NCBI GenBank assembly: GCA_021613535.1
Contig: CP075497.1
Span: 8,866,001-8,930,000, forward strand
Origin: Adineta vaga
Lineage: Eukaryota; Animalia; Rotifera
Reading direction: 5' to 3'
Length of the DNA: 64,000 nt
Shown here: one piece after another, positions 27,922-38,072 of the stretch
Numbering within the stretch: position 1 is the stretch's first letter
How the letters are laid out: each line of letters begins with the position of its first letter
The notes under the pieces: model-generated
Database searches by the model: none
What the model saw: the letters and a program-made list of their open reading frames with translations, nothing else
Told to the model about the DNA's origin: nothing
Program-made: the position numbers and the translations under genes

Positions 27922-28257
27922 TCAGTAGATGGAGGTATTCGTATGAATAATATTGGTAACGCAACATGCACATGTATTTAAAAGAATCAATACAGAACGA
28001 GAGTCAATATTTGTAGCGTATATATCTTGATAGCCATCACCATTCAAATCTGCGATACGAACGCCAAGGTAAGCGTCATAAGGGCAATTATTTCGAGAGT
28101 TTTGATTCATAAACACGGTTTGTGTTACAAAATTGCCGCTTCCATCTCCAACTAACACATGTGTCCCAAAAGGATTTATTTGAGAAATAGTAATGTCTGA
28201 ATGACCATCGACTATTGAAATCACCCACGTCTATTTCTTGCTGAACTCCATTACTGT
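27922..28257 (-). pseudogene. FG-GAP/VCBS-type repeat protein relic (3' end), frameshifted and interrupted by a transposon
   Basis: Reads IDVGDFNS(+1 C)DGHSDI..VLVGDGSGNF and IADLNGDGYQDIYATN..VLILLN, i.e. DxNxDGxxD calcium-blade repeats. A 1-nt frameshift lies near 28210 and the piggyBac-type insertion abuts at 28258. Confidence 0.7.
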
Positions 28258-28261
28258 TTAA

Positions 28262-28634
28262 CCCTCCGTTACCGTCCTCGTTTTATAACTTCAACAGTGT
28301 AGTGGGGTCCGCATGAACCCCCCAAGTAAAATTTAAGAAACTGATGGTTTTACTTCACGTTTAGCATAAACAGGTATCGATATGTAACAGACAACAGTTA
28401 TAATAAATCCAACAATCGTATCTGTAACACAAATTATGTGATGGGGTTCATGCGGACCCATACCTGTGCTCTTTTTCTAGAGTGTTTATATGAGATTTTT
28501 CGTGTCGATACTATACACCGTCCATGGACTAGAAACTATGTACAATAAATGACTCGGAGCAGTAAATGCTTGAGTGAAACGCAACAGAAAACTGCGAAGT
28601 GGGTCTGCATGGATCCCACGACAGTAACCGAGGG
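28262..28634. mobile_element. Non-autonomous piggyBac-type DNA transposon (MITE), 373 bp
   Basis: TTAA target duplication at 28258-28261 and 28635-28638. Terminal inverted repeats CCCTCCGTTACCGTC and (reverse complement) CCCTCGGTTACTGTC match 13/15 and begin CCC. Internal 17-bp motif GGGTCCGCATGAACCCC at 28305-28321, exact inverted copy at 28443-28459 and degenerate copy at 28601-28617. No transposase ORF. Confidence 0.9.
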
Positions 28635-29517
28635 TTAATGAATAAAGTTTCTAATTTATTAAAAAAAATAAAACAAGTTTACGTTTTGGTATTTCCTTTG
28701 GTTATTAAGATTATTTAATAAAATTTTCTCATTATTTATCATATCGATTTACAATAGAGTTCTTTTACTTTAATGAACAACGATATAAAATGAAATGATA
28801 AAAAATTGTTCGTTAAACAACAGATCTTATGAATTTATAGTGTCATCTATAGAATTCGATGATTTGTGGTCATTTTCCTTGACCGACTATATAACAATAT
28901 AGACATCAATGAATGAATGAATAATACAAGAAAAAAGACGTTTACTTTCAACTTCATATTTCTGTTGTTTGATTGTATAATATAAATGGATCTAATTTTA
29001 AACGAAATTGCATTATATTGAAATATTTCTATTTGTAAAGTTTTTCTTTAATTTGTGTTAATATCATTGAACTATATATCATTCAATGTTTTATTTCAAT
29101 CAACTAAATATTCTTCTCATTTAGATCTTGTACTTGAAACGTGATTTTGCTTTACTTTAGTACGTATTCATTTCATATTCTTCAGTTTTTTTTTCTTATT
29201 GGCAAAGAGAACAATTGACAATGTCTCTTCGTATGATAGAACACTAATCTGTCTTTATTCTTTTCAGTATTCATATAATGTGTCACCAAAGGAACTTGCC
29301 AATAATCGTAAGTTCAATCTTAGATGGATGAGTGTGTACATATAGATGTAGAATGGTCTTGCTTTTTGTAACTCTTTCCTTGCCCATATTCTCTCTCTCT
29401 ATTTAAATTCTTTTTCTATGTAATTATTAATCGACTGTAATTTTTGATATTTATATCTCATATTCAATTATTTCTTTTGAAAATAATTATTCGAAAAATA
29501 TTTTCTTATTTTTGAAA

Positions 29518-30079
29518 TGCAAGAAGTTCCTCAGTTAGTGAGAATTCATTAAAAAACTAGAGATATTTTGCATGTTATGCTAGTTTAATTTTACATAACT
29601 CTTGTTTCTTTCGTTTCTATATAATGCATGTTTTCAATCAATTTTATTTTATTCACAAAATATGTTATGTTAATAAATATTTTCTTTTTGATTTTAGGAA
29701 AATTCCCCCATAGCTCAGCTGATCTCAGAGCAGCAACAACAAATCCAACAACAAGTTCAGGAACTTCAGCAGCAAAATCAACCACTTCAACAACAAGTTC
29801 CACCACCTCATACCAGTTGCTCAATTACCATTAGTTGCATCAGCTCCAGCATCGTTGGTTGCACCAGTTCCACCACCTCATCACGTACAATTACAAGTAC
29901 CACCACCTTTATCAATTGCTCAATTACCATTAGCAGCACCAGCTCTTTTACAACAAGTTCCACAACAACGTTCACCACCATCGGCACAAGAAAGAGCGCG
30001 TCGTCGTCTTCGTCGTCGAATGTTACGTGTTGGACGAACATTAAGAAGAGTTCGTAGATTACCATCGGATGATCGTTAA
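29518..30079 (+). CDS. Orphan Q/P-rich low-complexity protein with Arg-rich C-terminus (apparent internal frameshift)
   Basis: Putative exon 1 MQEVPQL, acceptor at 29697, then ENSPIAQLISEQQQQIQQQ..QVPPP. The repeat-related continuation PVAQLPL..QVPPPLSIAQLPL..RARRRLRRRMLR is in a different frame. A GT-AG intron follows the stop (30088-30140). Confidence 0.4.
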
Positions 30080-30533
30080 ATGAAATTGTAAGTATTTGAA
30101 TTATTTATTTTTTGATCATCATGTTAATTTATTCTTGTAGTCTATGGCACATCTCTGCACAGAAATATCAATATTTGCGGAAACAAATGTGAATTAGATG
30201 TATTGAAATGAATTATGATTAGAAAATGTTCTATATTTTGTTCTTACAAATATAGATTTATTCGAATAATGTACGAAAAAAAGTAATGATCGACATTATT
30301 CTTATCCTTTTACATCAGTCATCCTTCAATTTGTTTCATGGCGTTTTGTTATTTGTAATTTACCTACTGTTTATTTCTTAAATAAAGTAATCATTTGATA
30401 AATGAAAATATAACATCTTGTATTTTAATTTAATGGAAATAAATTCAAATGAAATTCCAATAGTTTCTATGTTTTTAATGACACAAAAAGAAGAGAAATA
30501 GAATATATTTTTTTGCTAAAGTTTATAAAGCAT

Positions 30534-30875
30534 CTAATAACATGTTTCTTTTATATTCTCCAGGATTATTATTTTTTGTTTGTGATCTTGATTTTGATCT
30601 TTTTTTAACCATTTATCAATTGGATGATGAATATCTGATTTATATCGTTCAGCTAAATTTGAATATTCTTCAAGACGATCTTTATAAGAATCCTCAATTT
30701 GTTGATCAGCATAATCATTTTCTATAAATTCATTTTTACAATGACGTAATTTAGTTACTAATAAAGCACAATCTTTACGATAATCTTCAATTGATTCGTC
30801 AATATTTAATAATAATTGTTTCTTTTTCTGATGAAAATAATGATGCATCAACTGTTTCACTTTTACGTTAATCAT
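30534..30875 (-). CDS. Hypothetical charged helical protein
   Basis: 113-aa ATG-initiated ORF with protein-like composition. No family recognised. Confidence 0.3.
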   Translation of the reverse strand: MINVKVKQLMHHYFHQKKKQLLLNIDESIEDYRKDCALLVTKLRHCKNEFIENDYADQQIEDSYKDRLEEYSNLAERYKSDIHHPIDKWLKKDQNQDHKQKIIILENIKETCY

Positions 30876-32667
30876 GCGTTGGATATTGTTCTGTTAATTT
30901 GACTTGTAAGGTTCAATTAATTGTTTATTCAATCGATGTTCAATTCACGAGAAACAATGACCTTAGGATAGTTTATTTTTCAAGCAATCATTGCTTTCTT
31001 GAATTAATTTTTTTATTGAAATGAATTAGAAAATTTAGAAAAGTTTCTTGATATAGTGAAATTTTTAATTTCTTCTATTTTTGAATATTATGATAATATT
31101 GACTTAGGAATATATTTATTTGATTCTGCAAACTAAAATTTTTATTCCATTTGTCTATTACTATGATGTTAGATATTTAAGGTTTCAAAATAATTATTAT
31201 TCGAAGATGATACTGTTTAATAACTTGGACAAATATTTTAAATCGTTTTCTTCTTCTTAAAATTATGGAACATTTTTATATATCTCTGCTGATTTGGTTC
31301 TTTTAATTATTTAAAACATTTAATCTTAATCCTTAAAAGTCGAGAGAGAATTTTTTCTGATAAGAAGAAACAAATAACTATCGAAATTAAGCTTTTAAAC
31401 GATCAGTATGATTATACTTTAATTTTTCTTATTTTCTTCATATACATGTATTTGGAAGAAACGTTCGATTATTCATCATTTTCTATTGAAACCTTTATTG
31501 CTTTTTATCAATGAAGAAAACAAATAAGTTTAGAAGTTTTATTACACACAAGAGATTATTGTTAGCCGTAGCCATGTGAGAGTTGTAGTATGTTGTTAAT
31601 CAATAAATTATTTGCATTTTAAGCATATATTCAGTGAATGGTCAACTTCAAATCAATTTATATTTAATAGATAGAGAGTGAAAGTATATGTAGTATATTT
31701 TCTTGAACTTCACATATACCATTACTCAGATTCATCCTCAGCCATCTGCTTGCAGTCATTACGACATTCTTCTTTATGAAGAACGAGAATCGGCACCATG
31801 ACAAGTAAATTTTGTTGAAATTTTCTGGTATGAAAGATATAAAAATATACGGCGAAGTGTTGTTCGATGTGTATAACTGAGATGAGGAATTCGCAACTTT
31901 ACTACCCTAAGAAGTAAATCAAGAATCGAATAATAACATTTTCAGAAAAAAAGAGTCGACTGAAAGTGGTTGCGGTTAGTTGCTTTAATTGCATGATTTG
32001 GTTATTATATCGGTGTTATTTGAAAAGGTAGAAAAAACAAGTACATATCGACATTGTGCCTTATCTTGTAGAAGGGCACGAAAACGAATTAATATTAAGA
32101 AAACTGGATATGTGGTAGTAAGAAAGAAAGGTAAATTTCGACAACAAACTTTCATTATTATCAGTAGTTTATATAAACATATGGCAAGTTTTAATTCTTT
32201 ATATTCAATCTATGAAGTTTGAAATGTGGAGCTGAAGTCGTAAAAACAAAAACTCAAAATTAAACTTATTAAAATGGCGTATTGAATGGTAAATAGGCTT
32301 TCGTGCAACTTCCAAAGAAGAAGAAAAAAAAGCTCATCTTCGCTCTTTGCTGCTTTTTTTATCAGAAAAATATTGAAGTTTTATGAATAAAAAATAATCG
32401 AGATCTCACAGCAATCGTGAGAATTTGCGATGTAAGAGATGTATTATTTTTTATCTCAGATAATTCATGAATCTTGCAATTGAATCTTCTTTTCTTTAGC
32501 ATAAGCAATTGATTTTGTAAAGTTATATTTGTGAACGATGCAATTTTATAAAAAGTAGCTATCATCTTGACATACTTCTTGAGGGTGAGGGTGTGGGTAG
32601 TGTGTAAGTATGCCACCCTAATCCACATCTTCACACCTTCAATCAATTAAATTCTTTTCTTTTTCAG

Positions 32668-33183
32668 ACATTTCTTCAAAACAATGAATCTATTTCATCA
32701 TGGTCCAATCTGCGTTTTCCTTGGTTATGTTCTATAATTTTTACCTTTGAATATAGTGTAATCAGGCGATCGGAACATGCTTACATGATTGCTCAAATAC
32801 TGCATATTTCGCCTCGTCTTTCACCACTCACTGTAGAATGGCGGGATTTATGTCTTTGCTCACATTCGAATACACATGTGTAACATTTACATCTTCTACT
32901 AAACAAACGATGCAAAGATCCAAATGAAAATCTGATGAGATTTGCTGTGAAAATTGTTGATACAGTTGATCAACTTGTTCAGTTGGTTTTTAATATAAAT
33001 CCTTTGGTAACACTGGATCCAAAAGTTGCAGCATCAATTGAACAAGCAATATTCAACGCTGGCAATAAACGACTATTGAATTCTTATGTGTCAAATAACT
33101 TTTCTAAAACGAAACGAACTTCGCATTTGGTCATCATAGTTGTGCATAAACAAATTATTGTTCAGGAAATAAATCGAAAATGA
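32668..33183 (+). pseudogene. Decayed gene fragment with LRR-like LxxLxL periodicity
   Basis: One frame runs from a strong acceptor (32667) to 33183 and is interrupted by a single TAA at 32881-32883 (ILHISPRLSPLTVEWRDL..NTHV*HLHLLL..VDQLVQLVFNI). Confidence 0.35.
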
Positions 33184-33780
33184 AATTATAATACAAAGAA
33201 TACTCTCAAACATTTGTTAAATCATATTGATCCATATCTACAATAAATTCGAGAACTTAGGATTATGAAATGTCTGTTCATCATAAAGAACGCGAAAAAT
33301 ACTTCGTGTGGTTCATTAATTGACTTATCATTTCTACTCTTAATACCATTTATTTTAATATTAAACTGGTATTTTTATACAATGCACTATGTTCGTACAA
33401 AAAACTATAGCATTAATGTTCTTTTTCTCTTATTGCCGTTTCAATCTTACAGATGTTTGCATTATCACATACGAAAAGTTATGGTCTCGACATAATCGTA
33501 CAGAACCGTTGGTAACAATGAGACAAACTATACGTTTATAATTCTAAATGCTCGATACTAGAGAAGGAAGATATATATGTATGTGCATGAATTCTATTAT
33601 CAATGAAAAGTGTGATCTTAAGTCGAATAGGTAATGATTAATGTTACGAAATGTATGAAAAAAGCAAGCGCCGTTATATTCAATTTCTTAAAGTTTGTCT
33701 TAATACGATAAACTAATCAGACGAACTAAAATATGATTATTCCATTGTTATTTTCGAACAAATAGAAAAATAGAATTCTG

Positions 33781-35394
33781 TCAATTATTGTTAATGCTAT
33801 TTGTGACTGCATACAAATCCCAAAAGCCGGAACAAGTAGCATTATAATAATAATTTCTCATTCGTGAATCGATATTAAGAACAAAATCATTGTCAGTGGA
33901 TGTCTGATAAGGATCCCAAGTTGTTAGATTTTTAGCATAGTTAGGATTCGATGTGCGAATAAAATTAGCCCAATATATCATTATATTCTTTGAGAGTTGT
34001 TGTTCCAGAATGGTGAAATTGTAGTGTGGATATAGATTTTGAAGTACAGTAGGAAAGAGCATTGGAAGTTCAGCAGCATGAGTGACGCCGAAACATGATG
34101 GTGCAACCGGTATAAGATGATTATATGTATACAAATAAGAAGGTAATCCATGCGTAGAGAATATAGAAGCAATACGTCGAGATCCACAATGTAACCAAGA
34201 ATTACTGTATACAATATTGAGATACGTTAATGGATTATTAGCAGCAGAAATAGGGCCATAGATAGTAGGAATTTCATCAGCAATAGTAGCATTATATGTG
34301 GTATTGAAGAATGCTTGTACTTGTGTAATATTAGCCGTTCCATTAAAAACAGGACATGTAAATAAAGATGTTTCATTTGTATTAGCACCAATTAAAATAG
34401 GAACCTTTTGAAATTTTCCTTTGGCATAGTTATTCTCCATAGTATTATCTAAAACGTAATTGTCAATAACTGGATTGGCAGCTAATCCAAACATATTTTT
34501 TGATGAAAGGATACTCTGAACTTTAAGGATTTCCTCAACTGTTAAATCACGTAAACAGCGTAATGTGGTACAATTCGTTAGAATTCGCAAAACATTACCA
34601 CTATCATTAATAGCAGTTTGTAACGTGCTTACTGCGTTAGGCCATACACTACCACTCTGTACAATAGCTCGTTGAAAGGTATCATTTGTAGTTAATAATG
34701 AAGTTAATAGAATGGTAACACTGGCACCACCAGCACTTTCACCACCGATAGTAATTTCTTCAGGATTACCACCAAAACCACGAATGTTCTTTTTTATCCA
34801 ATCTAGTGCTGTCAGCTGATCTAATATACCATAATTACCAGTAGTGCTTTTATTATGCATGCCCGATCGTTCGTCAAACAATGCCTTGTCTGCGAGAAAA
34901 CCAAGTAGTCCAAGGCGATAATTAATTGTCACGAAAACGACAGGAATAGAATTGTTCATACTTGTGCTAACGAACGAAGTAGCTTCATACTCTACGCCAG
35001 CTCCTGAAGTAAAACTACCTCCATGAATCCAAACATATACAGGCAAATTAATGGCATCATCAGGAGCGTATACATTCAACGTGAGACAAGATTCGGTAGC
35101 TGGAATGCCATAAGTATTTCTTTGTGGACAAGCATTCGGAATGTAGGCATATTTTGTCCCATTTGAGGCTGCAAGAGCTTGAGAAGGTTTCCATCTAAGC
35201 TCACCAATAGGCTGTTGAGCATAGGGTATACCATACCAATAGTTAACAGTCGTGTCATTCATTATTTGCTGACGACCAATATAGACACCTTGTTGTGTTT
35301 GAGCTGTAGGCGAATTATTATTGGCTATAATAACTGGAATAAATAATGATAATAATAATACAAATTCAAACGATCCTATCATATTCATTCTCAT
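33781..35394 (-). CDS. Secreted type-B carboxylesterase (alpha/beta hydrolase), intronless
   Basis: Signal peptide, then GIPYAQQPIGELRW, ESCLTLNVY, WIHGGSF, NYRLGLLGF, nucleophile GESAG, acid residue in NTNET and His in GVTHAAEL. Many NxS/T sites. Confidence 0.95.
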   Translation of the reverse strand: MRMNMIGSFEFVLLLSLFIPVIIANNNSPTAQTQQGVYIGRQQIMNDTTVNYWYGIPYAQQPIGELRWKPSQALAASNGTKYAYIPNACPQRNTYGIPATESCLTLNVYAPDDAINLPVYVWIHGGSFTSGAGVEYEATSFVSTSMNNSIPVVFVTINYRLGLLGFLADKALFDERSGMHNKSTTGNYGILDQLTALDWIKKNIRGFGGNPEEITIGGESAGGASVTILLTSLLTTNDTFQRAIVQSGSVWPNAVSTLQTAINDSGNVLRILTNCTTLRCLRDLTVEEILKVQSILSSKNMFGLAANPVIDNYVLDNTMENNYAKGKFQKVPILIGANTNETSLFTCPVFNGTANITQVQAFFNTTYNATIADEIPTIYGPISAANNPLTYLNIVYSNSWLHCGSRRIASIFSTHGLPSYLYTYNHLIPVAPSCFGVTHAAELPMLFPTVLQNLYPHYNFTILEQQLSKNIMIYWANFIRTSNPNYAKNLTTWDPYQTSTDNDFVLNIDSRMRNYYYNATCSGFWDLYAVTNSINNN

Positions 35395-35691
35395 CGTTGA
35401 CAATACCGTGTATATAATTTACTCGTTTTTCAGTATATTTAAGTCAGTAATATCGACACAAATATGGTTGAAGAACTATGATAATAATTTTGTGTAAACG
35501 ATTCTGTTTCTCATTCAAAAACAAGAGAACGAGATAAACATGAGTAATATCAACATTACAATCTTCTATACTTGTCACATTTGAAAATACTCTTTTATTT
35601 ATTCCAATTTATCAACATAGTTTCTCTGTGATAGTAGAAATTTATTCGAGACATAAAAATATGCACTACATAATACAAAAAAAAACTTTGA

Positions 35692-36405
35692 TTAAAGTTT
35701 GCTTTGAATTGCATCAAAAACTAATGTTGCTATTCGATCATATCCGGCAGGTGTTAAATGAATAGAATCATCCCATATTTCATCTCGTTCTTTATCAGAA
35801 TTCAAACTATGATATGGAATGCCTTTATCTAAATCAACTAAAACAATTCTATCTTGTTCATTGGATTTAGTCACATAATCACGAATCATATTATTTAACG
35901 CTTGTCTGGCTGCATCATTGGCATCTACTGGTGAAAAAATTGCGTTTTCAATTACAGTCATCACTGCTAACTTAGTTTTTGTTTGTGTGTTATTAAGACA
36001 CATATCATACATTGGTTGTAAACCATTATTGAAAATCTTTTCAGCAGTTTTTGAAGAATCAGCTAAATCATTTGTACCACCTAAAATAATAACCCAATCG
36101 TATGCAGCACTTGTATTTAAGAGACGACGAAGTCTATTAACCATGGTTGGTACAACTCGTTCACCACTAATACCTTGTTGTTTTATCGTTACTGGAATAT
36201 TAGCAGATTCAAATAATTCTGTTAAACGTTTAGCATATGGATGAAAAGCTCTTCCATATTTGTAATAACCTTCCGTCAGTGAATCGCCAATAGCAAGTAT
36301 TGAAATTGGCGCTTTTTGTGGTTGATTCCCAGCCATATAAAATAGAATACTACTTACAACAATAACGATGAGAAAGAATATAAAATATAAAGTCCTATCC
36401 TTCAT
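35692..36405 (-). CDS. SGNH/GDSL-family hydrolase with N-terminal membrane anchor, intronless
   Basis: All four SGNH blocks present: GDSLTEG, GISGE, LGGTNDL and DSIHLTPAGY. Confidence 0.93.
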   Translation of the reverse strand: MKDRTLYFIFFLIVIVVSSILFYMAGNQPQKAPISILAIGDSLTEGYYKYGRAFHPYAKRLTELFESANIPVTIKQQGISGERVVPTMVNRLRRLLNTSAAYDWVIILGGTNDLADSSKTAEKIFNNGLQPMYDMCLNNTQTKTKLAVMTVIENAIFSPVDANDAARQALNNMIRDYVTKSNEQDRIVLVDLDKGIPYHSLNSDKERDEIWDDSIHLTPAGYDRIATLVFDAIQSKL

Positions 36406-38072
36406 TCATTTATACTTGCGAAACAGTATGCGTCATATCGTAGAAAAAAACACATTGAAAGTTTTTTCTTCTTCCTTTCTTTCTTTCTTTCTTTCTTTTC
36501 AATATGTCCGATACAGTCGCCCTAAATATTTCATTGGCTTCCAAAAGTAACAACTCGTAGATTAAAATGAATTTTATTGAATTTAAGTCTTCCAGATACT
36601 ATTCGGTGAAAAAAAATGTTTTCATCTAAAATATTTCGTTTGATCTTCAAATATGAGATAGCATACAAGGCAATTAATAGTTTCATAAATTTTGATGCGT
36701 TTATTGAGACAACAAATAAATGAGAAGAAATGTCAATCTTGAATACCTTATCGCATATGATATATGAGACAACACGAAGAGTGTCTCAACAAAATAAAAC
36801 AAGCGATAACGATGACTAAAATGAATTATTTTACTTTCGAAGAAAGGATTTATGAAGTATCAAGTCATAATCACAGATTCTTTACATTGATTGATAGTGA
36901 CATTGATCAACGTCAACAATATCCTTGCTCTGTTCAATTCTGTCTTAATGCATTTTAGTCAGTCGAAAGAATTGAATCGAATAACGAATGCATTACTTTG
37001 AAAATGGATTGAGAGATCTGGAGAAGTTTGAAATTTCGAATACTGCGATAAACATTGTGCTGTATTTTGTATTATCGATATTGTGTATGCAGATGTCACT
37101 AGTAGATGATTTGGAATTGGCTGCTTGATCATAAATTGATCATCTTTTCTCCAATGCATTTTCATTTCACTTATGACTCGATTACTACTATTCTATGATT
37201 TATTGCTTTATTCAATTATTTTTTATCTTTCATGAAAAACTATTCAAACTGCTAATTTGATAAATATATTCTATTTATTTTCTTGAATTTTGTCTGATAA
37301 TATCTCAATATTACTGACGATCACGAACAAAATTACTCGCAATTTTCTACGTGATTATTCATGGATACATATGGATTTTTCTTTGATTGAATACGAACGG
37401 TATCTGTTCAATATAAACTTATTCAACTTTGTCTATTTCATTGACAAATGAGTAAGTGCATTCATGTCTTTTCGATGAGTGTTTTGATAGCATTGAAAGA
37501 ACAATGACTCAAATCTGTACGAAGAATTCATGCATCAAAGAATCAGAACTGCTCTAAATAACTATTTTTTAGATTGTTCGTCGAATGATTTTATTCTTGC
37601 ATACGTTTCATCAATACTTCAATAGAACGAGAAAAAAAACTGCGTATAATTACAGTGTCCACATCAATTCATAATGCTAAAAGTATCGTATATTGCTTTG
37701 GTTGTTCTGTAAGTACATCTTTGAATGTATGATTGAATAGTCTTTCTATTCAACTTTCTTTAAAGTTATGTTACGTTTATATATTTTCAATGTTCATCTA
37801 GTTATTTTCATATATACACATCACAGACAAGAGCATACAGGTGATAATTCATCAAACAATAATCTTATAAAAGTTGCAATTTAGTTAGCATAAGTGTGCT
37901 ATTAAAACAAGTTGATGAAAGATTCGCTACGCTATTTCTTTTTAACAAAGATACCATTAGGATAGATGAAAATCGTAACTGTGTATACGAAAGAATAAAT
38001 CAATATTTCTTTTAGATTTCATCTAATTTCTTTTGTTTGTCTAATTGGTAATAATAATGGTGATTGTTAAAA

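Noticed and set aside
28262-28634. Repeated GC-rich palindromic motif as a CRISPR-like array or structured ncRNA
   Set aside because: Only three irregularly spaced copies in mixed orientation, fully explained as internal repeats of a TTAA-flanked transposon.
35918-36244. Antisense ORFs over real genes (also 16749-17036, 59685-59966, 63474-63737)
   Set aside because: Shadow ORFs arising from codon bias on the opposite coding strand.
36700-37750. Possible decayed gene between the SGNH hydrolase and tankyrase
   Set aside because: Protein-like patches are present, but I could not assemble a consistent frame or recognise a family.
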